Notes: generated from the sequence alone by a model not told the origin. 64,000 nucleotides of DNA from Eledone cirrhosa (GCA_964016885.1 OZ024740.1:122140001-122204000); one strand, 5' to 3'. Shown: positions 32,030-46,890, numbered from the stretch's first letter. Program-made: numbers and translations.

Positions 32030-33548
32030 CTAGCAGAAAACCACCCGGTGGGCGGTTTTCTGCTAGCAAATCTAGTGTATATACTGATATTGTTGAGATT
32101 TGGATGAGAAATGTTTTCGGCACTACATGTTCACCGTCTCTCGGTGTGTCTTTTATGCATGTATAAATATATATGTTATCTATACGGTGAAATCTTTGAA
32201 ATAAATATATGTTAAAACGAAATAGGAGAAACAGAGATTAGTGACGCAAATATAAACGTTACGATACATAAACGTTATGATATAACGATGGAAATATATC
32301 TTCAAATGGTCCTTGGCATGGTGTCAAGACAGAACCGCCTCGAACTGGTGAATTCTGGCTTGTGCAAGGTGTCCCTATAGCAGCCAGCGATTCCCTCGTC
32401 CTCAGTGACCAACGTCAGTGGAGAGGGGAAGGTAATGTTTCTATAGCGACAGTGTTTCTCTTGGTAGTACCAAAGTGGAGAAAGGAAGGGGAAGGTAATA
32501 TTTCTGTAGCACCTACATTTGAGTTTTAGGGAAGGACCGACATACAGACAGACAGACAGGCAAACAGAGAAATGCCCATATATTTATGTGTGTGTATATA
32601 TATATATATTACACACACAGATATGTATATATGTTTCTGTGTGTATATATATATATATTACACACACAGAAATTTATATATATTTATGTGTGTGTATATA
32701 TATATTACACACGCAGAAATGTATATATATTTCTTAGAACAAAATTATTATTAATGTTTTGCTGTTCATAATAATTGGAATTGAAAAGTTACTTTTGAAA
32801 TTATTAATTATTTTACTAATGCTTAGATATGTAAAAATGAAGCAATGTTTCTAATAATTGTTTCTACTGTTGGCACAAGGCCAGCAAATACCCAGTAAAT
32901 TACTGGTACTTTATTTTATCGACCCCGTGAGGATGAAAGGCAAAGTTAACCTCGGCGGTATTTGAACTCAGACCGTAAAGGGACGTAACTCCATGCTATG
33001 AAGCATGGTGTCCGACTCTCTACAGATTCTGCCAATCCACCGCCCTAATGTCTGTACGCAATGACGGAGTGAGAGGGGAGAGAAAGAAAGGCAGAGGTGA
33101 AGTGACGACGTGACTCTCTCCTCCTCCATCTCCCCATTCGTCACAGCGATAGAGGTGAGGAATGTTAGTGTGTTACAAAGAGAAAGAGTGAGAGTGAGAG
33201 CAACAGACAGACTAAAAGACAGGGATAGCTGGAGAGAGAGAGAGATAGCAACAGATACAGTATAGTAGCTAAGGGATGTATATATATTTCTGTGTGTATA
33301 TATATATATTTCTGTGTGTGTATATATATATATATATTACACACACACAGAATGTATATATGTTTCTGTAGCACTCCTCAATTCCCCCCTCTCTCCCTCC
33401 CGCTATCCCCCTCTTGTAGTATGTCTCTTTCTTTCACTCTCACTCTCTCTCTACGCGTCGCGTGCGCAAAAAACATTCGCACGCGCGCACATGTTTCCAC
33501 TGTCTGACAGACAGACAGAGAAATTGCTGGTTATATATTATAAGGAGA
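32030..33548 (-). mobile_element. Non-autonomous Helitron-like element abutting the previous one head-to-tail; contains a SINE
   Basis: CTAG plus hairpin at 32030-32066; TCTCCTTATAATATAT..TCTG 5' end at 33548. Confidence 0.55.
32853..33045 (-). mobile_element. tRNA-derived SINE
   Basis: A-box-like TGGCAGAATC and B box GAGTTCAAATAC; conserved body GGGGTCGATAAAATAAAGTACCAG shared with at least six other copies in the window. Confidence 0.85.
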
Positions 33549-33744
33549 TGATATTGTTCTTGTCCGATATGGCTGCCATGTCAATAGGAGTGAATGGATA
33601 TAAAGTTTAGAGTAAGAGAAAATATCTTTGTACAAAAATATTATTCTCTACTACCTGTAATGTGTACCATCTATTGTCCCGAATGCCTGTAGCGCGAAAT
33701 ATGAACATTTTACACTCCTAATAACCAAATATATTGACTTTCGT

Positions 33745-33747
33745 CTT

Positions 33748-33778
<31 letters not shown>

Positions 33779-35400
33779 TTCTTCTTCTTCTTCTTCTTAT
33801 TATTATTATTATTATTATTCTTCTTCTTCTTCTTCTTCTTCTTCTCCTTCTTGAGAGGTCGTGTGAGCAAAACAACAAATACTCCTTTGAATGGGTCCGG
33901 TCGGAAGTAACCATCTCCAACTAAATCCGGTTGAAACCCAAGCGACACCAGCCAAGCTCATGTATCTTAACCAATCATGTTGCTTGGAGTCTACCCCTTG
34001 GATTCCAGCTCGGTTGGTTTTGATCGTAAAATCTGTGCAGCAATTATTTCCTGTGACATTTTAACCTCACATTCTTAGTATCGGAGCTGTAATCTCTCAA
34101 TTCGGAGAAAGAGCGGCTCCTCCTGGAGTGACACTCTGATCTCCGAGCTACGAACTCTATCGAGTAACGTTACTCCATAGACATTCGGAGAATTTCCATT
34201 TCGGCAGTGTGTATTTGCCAAGAGAGGTAAGCCTCCACTTTCGTCATTTTTGACCCCTTGATTGAACCAAGGTATCCTTCTGCCATATGGCATCACACCA
34301 AACCTTTTTCGCCTGCAGCATTTAACAGCTAAAGGATTAACTAATGTACGAAATAATCTCCACTCTGCCTCAACCTCCTCAGTTTGTTCAAAAAGTTCTC
34401 TGAATTTGGTTGCGTTAACAACTGCACACATATATCTGCCTTCATTATCCGTCAATGCTTTCCTCTTTATCATGTGAGTCACTATGGACCTGCCGATTCT
34501 GTGGGCTTTTTTTGGAATTAGGTACTCTCAAGTAGCAGATAACTATATGGTGGTCACTTGATAGCTAAACCCCTATCTTAAAACGAACATCCAGCACAGA
34601 ATCAAACAGACCAATGACAATGACACAATCAAGTATTGGTTACTGTCCCTGATTCCTGATATGCCATATATATTTATGGATGTCTCTGTGCTAAAAGAAG
34701 ATGATCGAAATGGAGTCTATTGCTAGAACAAAAGTCTAGTAAGGCCTCTACATTAGTATTTAGATTAGAGTCGGCATTCCTTCCTATCACGCTCCTTTAT
34801 GACAGGTCGTCAATGCCAACATGTACATTGATGTCTCCCATCAGGATATATGACTCAGTCTTCAATACCTCCAATGCTGCAGTGGCTTTATCAAGGAAGT
34901 AGTTTATTTGGACTCCTTGTTCGGTGAATACACGAGCACCACCTACAGAGACCTATCTTTCAGAATAAGCTACAAGAGTAAAATTCACTTCCCTTAGAGG
35001 TTCCAGTCAATAACACCTTCTTACATCCCCACTCCTATCTGTGCAGTGAGGTCTTGCGCCACACCTGAATAGTGGAAATCTACAGTACCAGATCCACGGA
35101 ATTTTGTTAAGGATATCACAAGTATATCTAGCCGGTAGAATATTGTCTCCTCCACTAGTTGTCGCGCCTTACCTGTAAGGGATGTGATGCTCTAGGTCCT
35201 ATCTGCTAAGGTTTGCTCTTTTCTGGACCTTCTTTGGTGTCTCGGGATACGAAATCTTTGTCTGTCCACACGACGCCACTCATGAGAGGTCGCGAGCCCA
35301 TCGCCAGTTTTTGCTGAATGAAATGAAGACTGCAAACATATTTTCAAACGGGCCCCTCTACATAAATCCTGAAAGCACCCATTGTTAACCCGCGCAAAGG
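33745..35400 (-). mobile_element. Internally deleted RTE-type LINE remnant with (AAG)/(AAT) tail
   Basis: LLDRVRSSEIRVSLQEEPLFLRIERLQLRY (RTE 3' motif); APE remnant ILMGDINVHVG near 34815-34850. Confidence 0.65.
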
Positions 35401-37479
35401 ACGATGCTCTATGGTTGTCCTATGATTTTCTCAACATATTTCACTCTCAGTTTCAGTGCTTTTATTTGCGCCAATCCACAATCTGGTACTTTGTGGAATC
35501 TGCGAAGATTAGGCATTTTTAGAATTGTCCTTTATTCGCCTCATCATAGCTACGTCACTCGGTTGTGAGAATTTTTGTGGGAGCTAGAGTTGTCACACAT
35601 TCCTCCATATACCCAAGTATTTTTTCGCTGTTGTTCCGGATTTGCTTATTCGTTCGGCATTCTGGCTTATATCTCAATTAGCCATCATATCTGGTGGCCG
35701 TATTGCTATCTGCCTCGCGCAACCCTTCCCCTAGCAGAACTACTCTGCCAAATAAAATATATTGAATGGTAATGATATGTCCAGATCAATTTTGGGGAAA
35801 ATGTATTGACTCCCACAAAATGTATCTGGACTTAGCATTACTAAAGCTGTGGACGCACACTACAGCTCCATTTTTGTTCCAAATAGTATGAATATATCAG
35901 ATACATATTATCCTAAAAATCTCCATTCGAACAGCATTGGCTTTTTTGCTAGTTCTACAACATAAGTAATCTATTCTTATTGAGAACACACTGCCACTAT
36001 ACAAAATGTATGAATCGTCACACAATTGTTCAAAACTTAATCAGCTAAGCTACATTAAATCTACTTATTGATTAGCAAGAGAAGAATTTCACTCATATAT
36101 GTACAAATGTCTCAATGAACATTATTAGGCATGGATGGCTGGAAAAATCATATAAACGGGTGGACTTTGAATATTATGTAGCAGTGACACTGGTTCTGCT
36201 GTTTCATTCATAGAGTTACATTATATTTGATACGCATGAAACTGTTGCATATTTTGAAAGTAAACTATAAGGAAATAATTGGCAGTCTATAATACAGATA
36301 TGGTTTTACATATGTCTAGAAATGATAATAGAACTGGCTAGACAGAACGAAGAAGGAACAGGTACGAATGTATATTGGTACATAAGTAGATTGCTAGGTA
36401 ACTGCTTATACAGGTATATGTATATAATGAGAGATTATGTATACGTCAAGGGAATGAACCTCTCAAATATCATATCTTTTCAGAAACGTTCTAACCAATA
36501 TATAGAGACACGTGTACACCGACACATATATAAACATCAATGGAGAATGTTTCTATCAACGATCTATATGATGAAACAAGATAGAATGTGAAGAAAAGAA
36601 TAGATGAAACAAAAAAAGATACAAACAATAAGAAAAGGGTCGTGTGATACATAGACAAAAAGACTATAGAAATAAAAGAGAAAGAAATATGGTTGAGAAA
36701 AGACAAGCAAACAAAGACAGAGTGAAGAAAGAGGAGAAAACTGAGGAAATGGGTGAGGGAAAGAGAAACCTAAGTTGCACACAATATTCGTTTAAGCATG
36801 CATTAATGTAAATGAGAATTTATGCACTTACAAGCATTACTTAAAACAATACGTGAAATGTCGGAATTAATTGGAAATCATGGAATGGAAATTATGCAGA
36901 TGCTACATTCTCAAATCTTCTACAAGAACAACTTAGTTCTAGTAGTTGCTTCATCAACCTTTATATATTTCTCGTTACATCACTCCCACTCCTACTGTGT
37001 TAAGATTTACATCCTACTACTCATTGTATCGTTATAAAATGGTGTCCTTATATCCCCCATATATATATATATATTTATACGTGTCTGTGGGTTGCGCGCG
37101 CGCGTGTGTGTGTGTGCATGTATATTTTGTATGTATGAGCGAAACCGAATAAATAATATTATGAGTACATGAGATTGTCACGGATAGCGTCTTCAACATA
37201 GTGCCTTTAACTTTTACGCCTGTTAACCTAAGCTTATTCCCATGACCAGTTGATGAAGCCGATTCATCATTGCACTACTTGTTTTCGTCCAATTGGATAG
37301 GAGTAACTTCACTAGTATGCAAATGGGGTCCATTTCTGGGTGGCGGCGGCGAAGAAGAAAATCATACACACCAGGGGTATTACAATAATTATTCTATTAT
37401 TCGTAATATACACGACAATCCCCACCTCATTCGTTACATCAAAGAGAGGGTAGGGTGTAAACATGGGTTCAGTGGGGAT

Positions 37480-37860
37480 CCGATCAGTCTAGATCAATTG
37501 AAAGCTTTCTATAGGGTCAACCATCGATAACTGTTATCTTCGGTGCCGTCTTCAGAGATTGGATCGCCGCAATGCACCCCGGCATCTGCTCGATGATCAA
37601 AGTTAATGGCCACGTTTCAGAACCGTTTCACATCTCCCTATCAGTCCATCAAGTGTGCCCTCTCTCCTCGCGTCTGTACGTATTGATATTCGAGCCTATA
37701 CTGCGGAAGCAGGTGCTGTTGCAGAGCATCTGGCTCTAATCGGGACGCAGATGGACTGTGTTAGTTTATGTGGACGACATTCCTGAGATGGTGTCGAACA
37801 CCTCGAAATTCGAGGTTGTTGGCACCCACTTGAAAAACTATGAAAGCCTGACGGGTAGGG
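37480..37860 (+). pseudogene. Tx1-type RT fragment
   Basis: ISLDQLKAFYRVNH..FRDWIAAMH..KVNGHVSEPF..YVDDI, homologous to 9560-9860. Confidence 0.75.
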
Positions 37861-38200
37861 TACTTCACAACCTTCAACTGGGACACAGTCACCATGCTTC
37901 TTTGGAACTTGGATCAAATCAACTAAGAATGTGCAATGGGAAACTTATGGTTATTACTGAACTAGAGCATCATATCAAAGCCAAACTTCTCATGGGATGT
38001 GGTAATGGAGACATTGCTTTGATACCTAGAATACCGAATATACCAAAATATGTCCTCTCTCGTTTCAAATTATTGCAATTCCCACTGAGCGTCAGTTACC
38101 CGATGACCATTAACATCTAGATTTTATGTAGGTTATTCCAGACTAGGAAAACCCCACAAACTCTTCATATATATTCCAAGGAAAAACAAATTAAAAACAT
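37861..38200 (+). pseudogene. Helitron PIF1-like helicase fragment
   Basis: MCNGKLMVI..ALIPRIP..FKLLQFPLSVSYPMTIN. Confidence 0.72.
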
Positions 38201-38269
38201 TTTATATATCAATTTTAGTTAACATTTGATAATTTTCGTAAAATACAATTTTCAATTATTTTCTCTCAA

Positions 38270-38460
38270 TATTGTATTGGTAGTATCGGTAGATGGTTGG
38301 ACATGCTTTACCAGCATAGTTACGTCCCTTTACAATCTGAGTTCACATCCAGCGGAGGTTAACTTTGCCGTTCAACCTTACGGGGTCGATGAAATAAAGT
38401 ACCAATAATGTACTGGGATAATTGCTGACTCTGTGCCAAAAGAAGAAACAATTATTATAT
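38270..38460 (+). mobile_element. tRNA-derived SINE copy
   Basis: Matches 32853-33045. Confidence 0.8.
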
Positions 38461-39086
38461 ATTGCCTTCTTTTCAAAAATGGAATGGTGAGCAGGTGGAA
38501 GCCTCAGATATTCCCATCCACGAATATTTATTATGTGCGAATAACAGATGCAGAAAGGAAGGGAGCAATCGGTGTTACAGACATGCGCCTCTCAAACGTT
38601 TCAGATAATAGAAAAGCAATCCTTTGTTAGCGAAGGATGTTTTGATCCATCGCCGTTTTATACTAATATGTAAAACGTTGTAAGATTAATTAATTAATTG
38701 TTCCCCAAGTTCCAAAGAGAAGTGTGTGTGTGTGACACAGCTTGTATTGCCTCCGACAACATCACTGTAAGTGCTATCAACAAAAGCTCTCACAATTGAT
38801 TCCTAGAGTTAACCAGACCTATAAATATATCGATGCTAAAATCACTGTACGTACCTAAATCCTGTATATGTTTTATAATTATCGTAGAATACATTTTTAT
38901 AATCCTTTCTTTATCACTTTCTCTATTCAAATATTTTAAACGAATTTAAAAAATATTTTATACAATATTTAAATATTTTAAAAATTTTTTTTCTAAGGAA
39001 AATGAACATTATAACAAATGACAACAAAGGCCTTATAAATTGATCTGAGCACAGTACAGACGGGGCGACAGCCGGTAAGTCGCTTC

Positions 39087-39141
<55 letters not shown>

Positions 39142-39201
39142 ACACACACACACACATACATACACACACACGCACACACACATATATATATGTATATCAT
39201 A

Positions 39202-39240
<39 letters not shown>

Positions 39241-39287
39241 ACACACACACACATATATATCATATATATATGTATATGTATATATAT

Positions 39288-40038
<751 letters not shown>

Positions 40039-40041
40039 ATA

Positions 40042-40072
<31 letters not shown>

Positions 40073-40161
40073 GATATATATGTGTGTGTGTGTGTGTTTA
40101 TATATATATATGTGTGTGTGCGTGTGTGTGTATGTACGTGTGTGTGTGTGTGTTTATATAC

Positions 40162-40192
<31 letters not shown>

Positions 40193-40275
40193 GAAGCGAC
40201 TTTCCGGCTGTATATATATATATTTATGTATATACACATATATATATCCGATTTTAAACACACACGCAGACAGAC

Positions 40276-40313
<38 letters not shown>

Positions 40314-41031
40314 TTGGTGTGTGATGCTTAAAAGCGTCCGTATGCGGTATGCCGTTTCAGCACTCGATGCTTTTACAGAGCAGTCTAATATCACATAAGA
40401 AACGGAGAATCAGTGGTGCGAGGAATTAGAATATATTAGACATATTACAATCGTTTTTCTGGCGACCAGCACGAGGTACGATCGATGCGAGGCTCGAACC
40501 TGACTCTGAAATCGCAGGTTCTTCAGATACGTCTCTATCCCTCGAAGCAGAATTTCCAAATGTCCTGCTTATCCCGCTTCCCGTCGTTCTCCAGCATCCA
40601 TCCTGTTCTTGTCGGTTGATGAGTGGTTAAAATTTGTACAAGTCACCCGTATTTCTGACCATTCAGGCTGTCCATTTTTCTCATTCCTTTCATATGTCAC
40701 CTCACAAACAAAATTGGTCCTTTTAGCGAAGTTAATGCTGTATGAGATAAGGGGTTGTATGAGTGAAATACCTGCGTGCTGGCACAGCCGTCTCGGTCTG
40801 TAGACACCCACACACGTATCCCGTATTTTTGAAAATTGAATGAGAAGCGGCGCCGTATTTTTGACAAAGGAAATAATTATTTCCTTAGATTATAATCTAG
40901 TAACAGCGCATATAGAAATGGTGAACCGAGAAATTGGGCAGGACCTTTCTTTCCATTCGAAGATCTTATATGCCCTGTTAATGTAATATTTTCTGTAGTC
41001 ACAAAATACAGTGAAATCTTCTAATGATATG

Positions 41032-41103
<72 letters not shown>

Positions 41104-41216
41104 TACACACATACACACACACACAAACACTCACACACATACGCACCCACACATACACACACATACACACACACACACACATATCCATTTGCGTGTATGT
41201 ATATATATATTACATA

Positions 41217-41260
<44 letters not shown>

Positions 41261-41939
41261 TAAAATTAGTCCTTCGTCAGTGATCTTCCAACCGTCATTG
41301 GTATTTCTATGTATCCATTCGCAAAAACGCAGCACGCCATTTTTCATATATATATATATTTATATTTTTCCCTCCTCTGTGACCTGTCTGTTTTTTTCTT
41401 ACTGCTTCCCCTTTCTCTGTATCTCTCACTTTCTGCTTACCGCCTCTGCCAGTCACTCTCTCTCAGCTGGCCTCTTCCTCACACTTTCACTCACTCACTC
41501 TCTGCTACTCCCCCTCTCTCACTTCCTCCCGTTTGACCTGTGTGAAATCCTTTTCTCGCTTACATCTCACCCAGCTCGGACGGTCTGTATCTCTCCTCGT
41601 CTATGATTTGATCGAACTTAAGTTCACAGATATCACGGACTTGTTTCTTCTTTTCCTCTTTTTCCATTGCATTACCATCTCTGTCCCAATAACTTTTGTT
41701 AGTTACTGCTCGCACCACCCAGAGGTATATGATCTTTAATGCGAAGAAATACCAATGTCGGTTGGAAGATCACTGATGGAGAACTAATTGTATTCATATG
41801 TATCCCATTCGTAACAATGCAGCACGCCATTTTTCATATATATATATATATTTATATATATAAATACACTACAATCCAACAGATTCCAAACAATACCTGC
41901 TATTCATATCCAACCATCCAAAGTACACGAATACGAACA

Positions 41940-42742
41940 TCCCTTTTAACCTAACAAGAAAAATTTGCACAATTGTCTCCAATTATGAAACGCGAAATAA
42001 AAGACTTCAAGAATTAAAGGAAATTCTACTCGAAAGACAGTGCCCACCGTTACTAATAAATAATGGAATAGAAAGGGCTAAAGCAAAAGGCATTGATGAA
42101 TTACGAAAACAGAAACAAATTCGAGGTACTTCAAATATTCTATCATATTTCTCAACACACAACCCAAGAAATGCGGAAGCTTACAACACTATTCAAAGAA
42201 CATCCCACTATTGAAACGAGACACAAGAATGAAAAAAGCCCTTGAAACACAAAATTATCAAAAGCAAACGATAACCTAAATCACTAAAAACATTACTCAC
42301 CAATGCCAAATTACGTACTACAAACCCACAACCAACTGTCAAAAAATGTGGTCGCTCTATTTGTGGAACCTGCTCTCACCTCATTGAAGGCGACACGTAT
42401 ACATTTCAATCAGGACGAAATGTTGCTGTAAAAAAACACTTCACTTGCTCATCAAAAAATCTGATGTATGCCATTAAATGTAAAGGATGTAATGAAGATT
42501 ATATAGGACAAACTAAACACACACTCAGAAACAGAATGAAAGTTCATCGCCAACAATTACGAGATCCAACTACGAAACAGATACCACTAGGTGCACATCT
42601 AGACATATGCGCAAGTAATAAGACACCCACATTCCAAGAATCCCCATGTTATCTTTGCGCTGACAATACAACAGAACAAATACGAATAAGTAAGGAAAAT
42701 ATGTTTATTCAAAAATATAGACCAGCATTAAATATAGTTTAA
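41940..42742 (+). pseudogene. PLE (Neptune-like) RT-thumb / GIY-YIG endonuclease fragment
   Basis: KKCGRSICGTC linker, FTCSSKNLMYAIKCKGCNEDYIGQT..RMKVH..HL; frameshifted upstream. Confidence 0.8.
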
Positions 42743-43886
42743 TATACATTATGTCAACACCATAACATGCTAACCATCCAAACAGACACATACATACACA
42801 CACACATAACAGCTTCTAATTTTGAAAATAAAAACCATATCTACATAAACCTTAACATACGTTAATATTCTAACAACTTAACATGCTAACCACATCCCCC
42901 CACACACACATAACTCCCTCTCACATTTCTACTAACAGAATCATTTTCCTACACACACACAATATATATATATATATATTTTCTCCATCTTAACATGCTA
43001 ACCATATTCCCACACATACACACCCACACATAACACACACACCCACACATAACACCCATACACACACACAACTCCCTCCCCCATTTCTACTAATATAATC
43101 ATCTTCCTACACACACACACACGCACGCAAGCACACACACACAGACACACACACACACACACGCACAAGCAGACAAATAAACATACATATCTCTACTTTC
43201 TTTATTTCAATAGAAAGTCTGAATTCTGACACCCCAGCGAACCAGCCATATTCACTGAACCAGAACAATTCTCCCCATCACATTTCTCTTGACCATTATA
43301 TTTTATTTGGCACAAAATTCTCTAAAAGGCTACAAAGAAAATTCCCAAAATACGGGTGTGAAATTTAATGTACTTGTTCACGTGACAGTCATACATTCAT
43401 TTATAACTAATCAAATTACATTTCAGCACATCTGTCATACTCAGAACAACTCTCACCACCCCTTTTTCTTGACCATTATCTTTTGTTTGACACAAAATTC
43501 TCTAAATGGCTATAAAAAAATTCCTAAATAAGGGCGCGAAATGTAATATACTTTTTCACGTGACAGTCATAATTTCATTTATAACCACTCAAACTACATT
43601 TATAAAGAAAAGCCTTCGTGAGCCAACTTTTTTATGTAAAAAGAAATTCAAACATAAACTGGCGCGAAAGCTGATGTGCTTATTCACGTGACTGCGTCAA
43701 CCAACCAAACTTCACTCATATATGTAAAACAACCTGAGCCCCCCTTTGTTTGAAGAACTTTATAATGCGAACTGACGCGAAATGTATTATACTTATTCAA
43801 CAACCAACCAAATTACTTCTCCAAAAACCTGGCATTTGCTGCCGCTTTTTTTCATATCAAACAGAAGTAACATTCAAAGACCAATC

Positions 43887-44030
43887 AGATGAGAGAAAAA
43901 CCACAGACCCTCCATCTCACGTCTAATTTTGAAGAGCGGAAGAACTGCGAAACCGGTGAAGGAACCAAATAAATATATATTTAAAAAAAAGAAGACTCCA
44001 GTTGCATTTTCGATTTCATCTTTTTTCCTT
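43887..44030 (+). repeat. Short HHR-bearing dispersed repeat, inactive-looking copy
   Basis: Homologous to 57840-58050 and 62566-62772; core TTGAAGA, cleavage site mutated to GTG. Confidence 0.7.
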
Positions 44031-44082
44031 ATATATAAATATATATAGATATAAATATATATATATATATAAATATATATAT

Positions 44083-45484
44083 ATAAAAACAAATAACGAA
44101 ACGAAATTAAATTTCGTTTCGTTTGTAACTCACTTTTGTATGACTGACGCTTAAACAATTAAGTTAAAAATGTACATCTACATATGCATACTGAAATACT
44201 AGTGTGTATATGAATACACACACGTATACATATGTAGGTGTAACAAGTCTTTCACTGGTTGCTTTACTGTGAGCAACCCAGCTATTCTGTATGTAAACAC
44301 ACAGACAAACCGGTTTTTAGAGTCATACTGGTTTTCGGGGGAACACCTTCCCTCTATTCTCCAGAAAGCCAGACAAGGAATATTGAACTAGTTTCGTTGT
44401 TGTTACAACTCATCAGCAATATTTACCTATCTACCGGCCCTTCTGGAGAATTGTAAAATCACATATCGTTATATGCTTTTTCTATGAAAATTAGTAGTGG
44501 GCAGACTAATTTGCATAGAGTGTGAGTACGCACCGGTTCAGCGGAGACGATAAAAACAAATAACGAAACGAAATTAAATTTCGTTTCGTTTGTAACTCAC
44601 TTTTGTATGACTGACGCTTAAACAATTAAGTTAAAAATGTACATCTACATATGCATACTGAAATACTAGTGTGTATATGAATACACACACGTATACATAT
44701 GTAGGTGTAACAAGTCTTACACTGGTTGCTTTACTGTGAGCAACCCAGCTATTCTGTATGTAAACACACAGACAAACCGGTTTTTAGAGTCATACTGGTT
44801 TTCGGGGGAACACCTTCCCTCTATTCTCCAGAAAGCCAGACAAGGAATATTGAACTAGTTTCGTTGTTGTTACAACTCATCAGCAATATCTACCTATCTA
44901 CCGGCCCTTCTGGAGAATTGTAAAAGCACACATCGTTATATGCTTTTTCTATGAAAATTAGTAGTGGGCAGACTAATTTGCATAGAGTGTGAGTACGCAC
45001 CGGTTTAACTTAATTGTTTAAGCGTCAGTCATACAAAAGTGAGTTACAAACGAAACGAAATTTAATTTCGTTTCGTTATTTGTTTTTATCGTCTCCGCTG
45101 AACCGGTGCGTACTCACACTCTATGCAAATTAGTATGCCCACTACTAATCTGTATAGAAAAAGCATATAACGATATGTGCTTTTACAATTCTCCAGAAGG
45201 GCCGGTAGATAGGTAAATATTGCTGATGAGTTGTAACAACAACGAAACTAGTTCAATATTCCTTGTCTGGCTTTCTGGAGAATAGAGGGAAGGTGTTCCC
45301 CCGAAAACCAGTATGACTCTAAAAACCGGTTTGTCTGTGTGTTTACATACAGAATAGCTGGGTTGCTCACAGTAAAGCAACCAGTGAAAGACTTGTTACA
45401 CCTACATATGTATACGTGTGTGTATTCATATACACACTAGTATTTCAGTATGCATATGTAGATGTACATTTTTAACTTAATTGT
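44083..45484. repeat. Array of a 467-bp HHR-containing unit: two head-to-tail copies plus one inverted, permuted copy
   Basis: Units start at 44083 and 44550; inversion at ~45005; copies nearly identical; (TA)n on both sides. Confidence 0.95.
45216..45260 (+). ncRNA. Type I HHR motif (also 44379-44423 and 44846-44890 on -)
   Basis: aatattg CTGATGA gttg taacaa caac GAAA ctag TT caatatt. Confidence 0.85.
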
Positions 45485-45541
45485 ATATATATATATAAAT
45501 ATATATATATATAAATATATGTATATATAAATATATGTATA

Positions 45542-45579
<38 letters not shown>

Positions 45580-45604
45580 AATATATGTATATATATATGT
45601 ATAT

Positions 45605-45643
<39 letters not shown>

Positions 45644-45649
45644 AATATT

Positions 45650-45781
<132 letters not shown>

Positions 45782-45880
45782 TATGTATATATATATATAT
45801 ATATAAATATATGTATATATATATATACGTTATTCCGGGTTGAATCGGAGGTAACCACAGTAAGTAAGGTACTCAATACA

Positions 45881-45935
45881 TGAGATTCCTGATGATTTCT
45901 AATGAATGAAACAGTTCTAGTCCTGTAGAATCTCA
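45881..45935 (+). ncRNA. Type I HHR motif in a ~125-bp mini-element (45825-45950)
   Basis: tgagattc CTGATGA tttc taat gaat GAAA cag ttctagtc ctg TA gaatctca; 8-bp stem I. Confidence 0.8.
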
Positions 45936-46062
45936 TCTATATTAAAACTGTATATATATATATATATATATCTTACTGGTTCCTATTACCCACTCTACTA
46001 CCTCAAGTATTGAGTACTTTGGTGCGTTATGGTCCACCTGGTTCCTTACCACATTTCCTTCG

Positions 46063-46124
<62 letters not shown>

Positions 46125-46429
46125 CCGCAGAAACCCAAATACTGGATTTTACCAACCTTCCAGGAGTCCGGGTAAATTTCCAATCACACATATTTTTTTA
46201 TTTGTTTGACCCGAATTACTTGATCGTATATTTGCCTATGCGAATGATTGTATAACCATCGCCTCAGTGTGTTTGGTCTTTAACGTTTGTTATAGCTCTG
46301 GTTCATCTGAATCATTGAGCACTGGCCACACATCTCGGAGGTTGTTTTTCGTTATTTCCTGGGCCGAAATGCGATTCTCGCTAATTTATGTTTGTATATA
46401 TATATATATATATACATATATACATTTTT

Positions 46430-46880
46430 AGTATATGTTGGTTGTTTATAGACACTTCAGTTTGCAGATTGGAGCACTCGGCGAATTACGCTGGCTGGTT
46501 TGGTTACTCCAGATAATGTAAAATAATTAAGTCAAATATTTAAAATTTGGCTTCGTTTATTAAAGATGTACTGCTATATATATATCGGTGACAGCCATCA
46601 TTGTCTGTGACCTCTTCAGGGAGTCCGAATTTGTGTGGTAGAGACAGGTACACAAGTATTTTACTCCGTCAATACTCCGATATGTCCAACTCCTGGTTGG
46701 GTTGTTATTTCTCCAGGAGCTGGGCATATCGGTGTATTGACGGAGTAAAACACTTCAACAAGATGTGTACCAGTCTCTACCACACCATTTCGGACTGCCT
46801 GAAGAGGTCACAGCCAATGATGGCTGTCACCGAAATATATATAGCAGTACATCTTTAATAAACGAAGCCAAATTTTAATT
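46430..46880. repeat. Fold-back pLTR element (arms 46540-46695 and 46711-46878) with one-sided tail
   Basis: Diverged inverted arms; same family as the ends of 59483-62125. Confidence 0.88.
46794..46848 (+). ncRNA. Type I HHR motif
   Basis: actgc CTGAAGA ggtcacagcca atga tggctgtcacc GAAA tatata TA gcagt. Confidence 0.82.
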
Positions 46881-46890
46881 ATTTCACTTA

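Noticed and set aside
37758-38120. Apparent RT-helicase fusion ORF
   Set aside because: Chance in-frame junction of decayed Tx1 RT and Helitron helicase fragments; both are incomplete.
44135-44185. Opposite-polarity ribozyme in the 467-bp unit (viroid-like ambisense pair)
   Set aside because: Reads CTGACGC and has no GAAA; the core is not satisfied.
44259-44456. 65-aa ORF repeated three times
   Set aside because: Identity reflects recent duplication; non-ATG start, antisense to the ribozyme, no recognisable motif.
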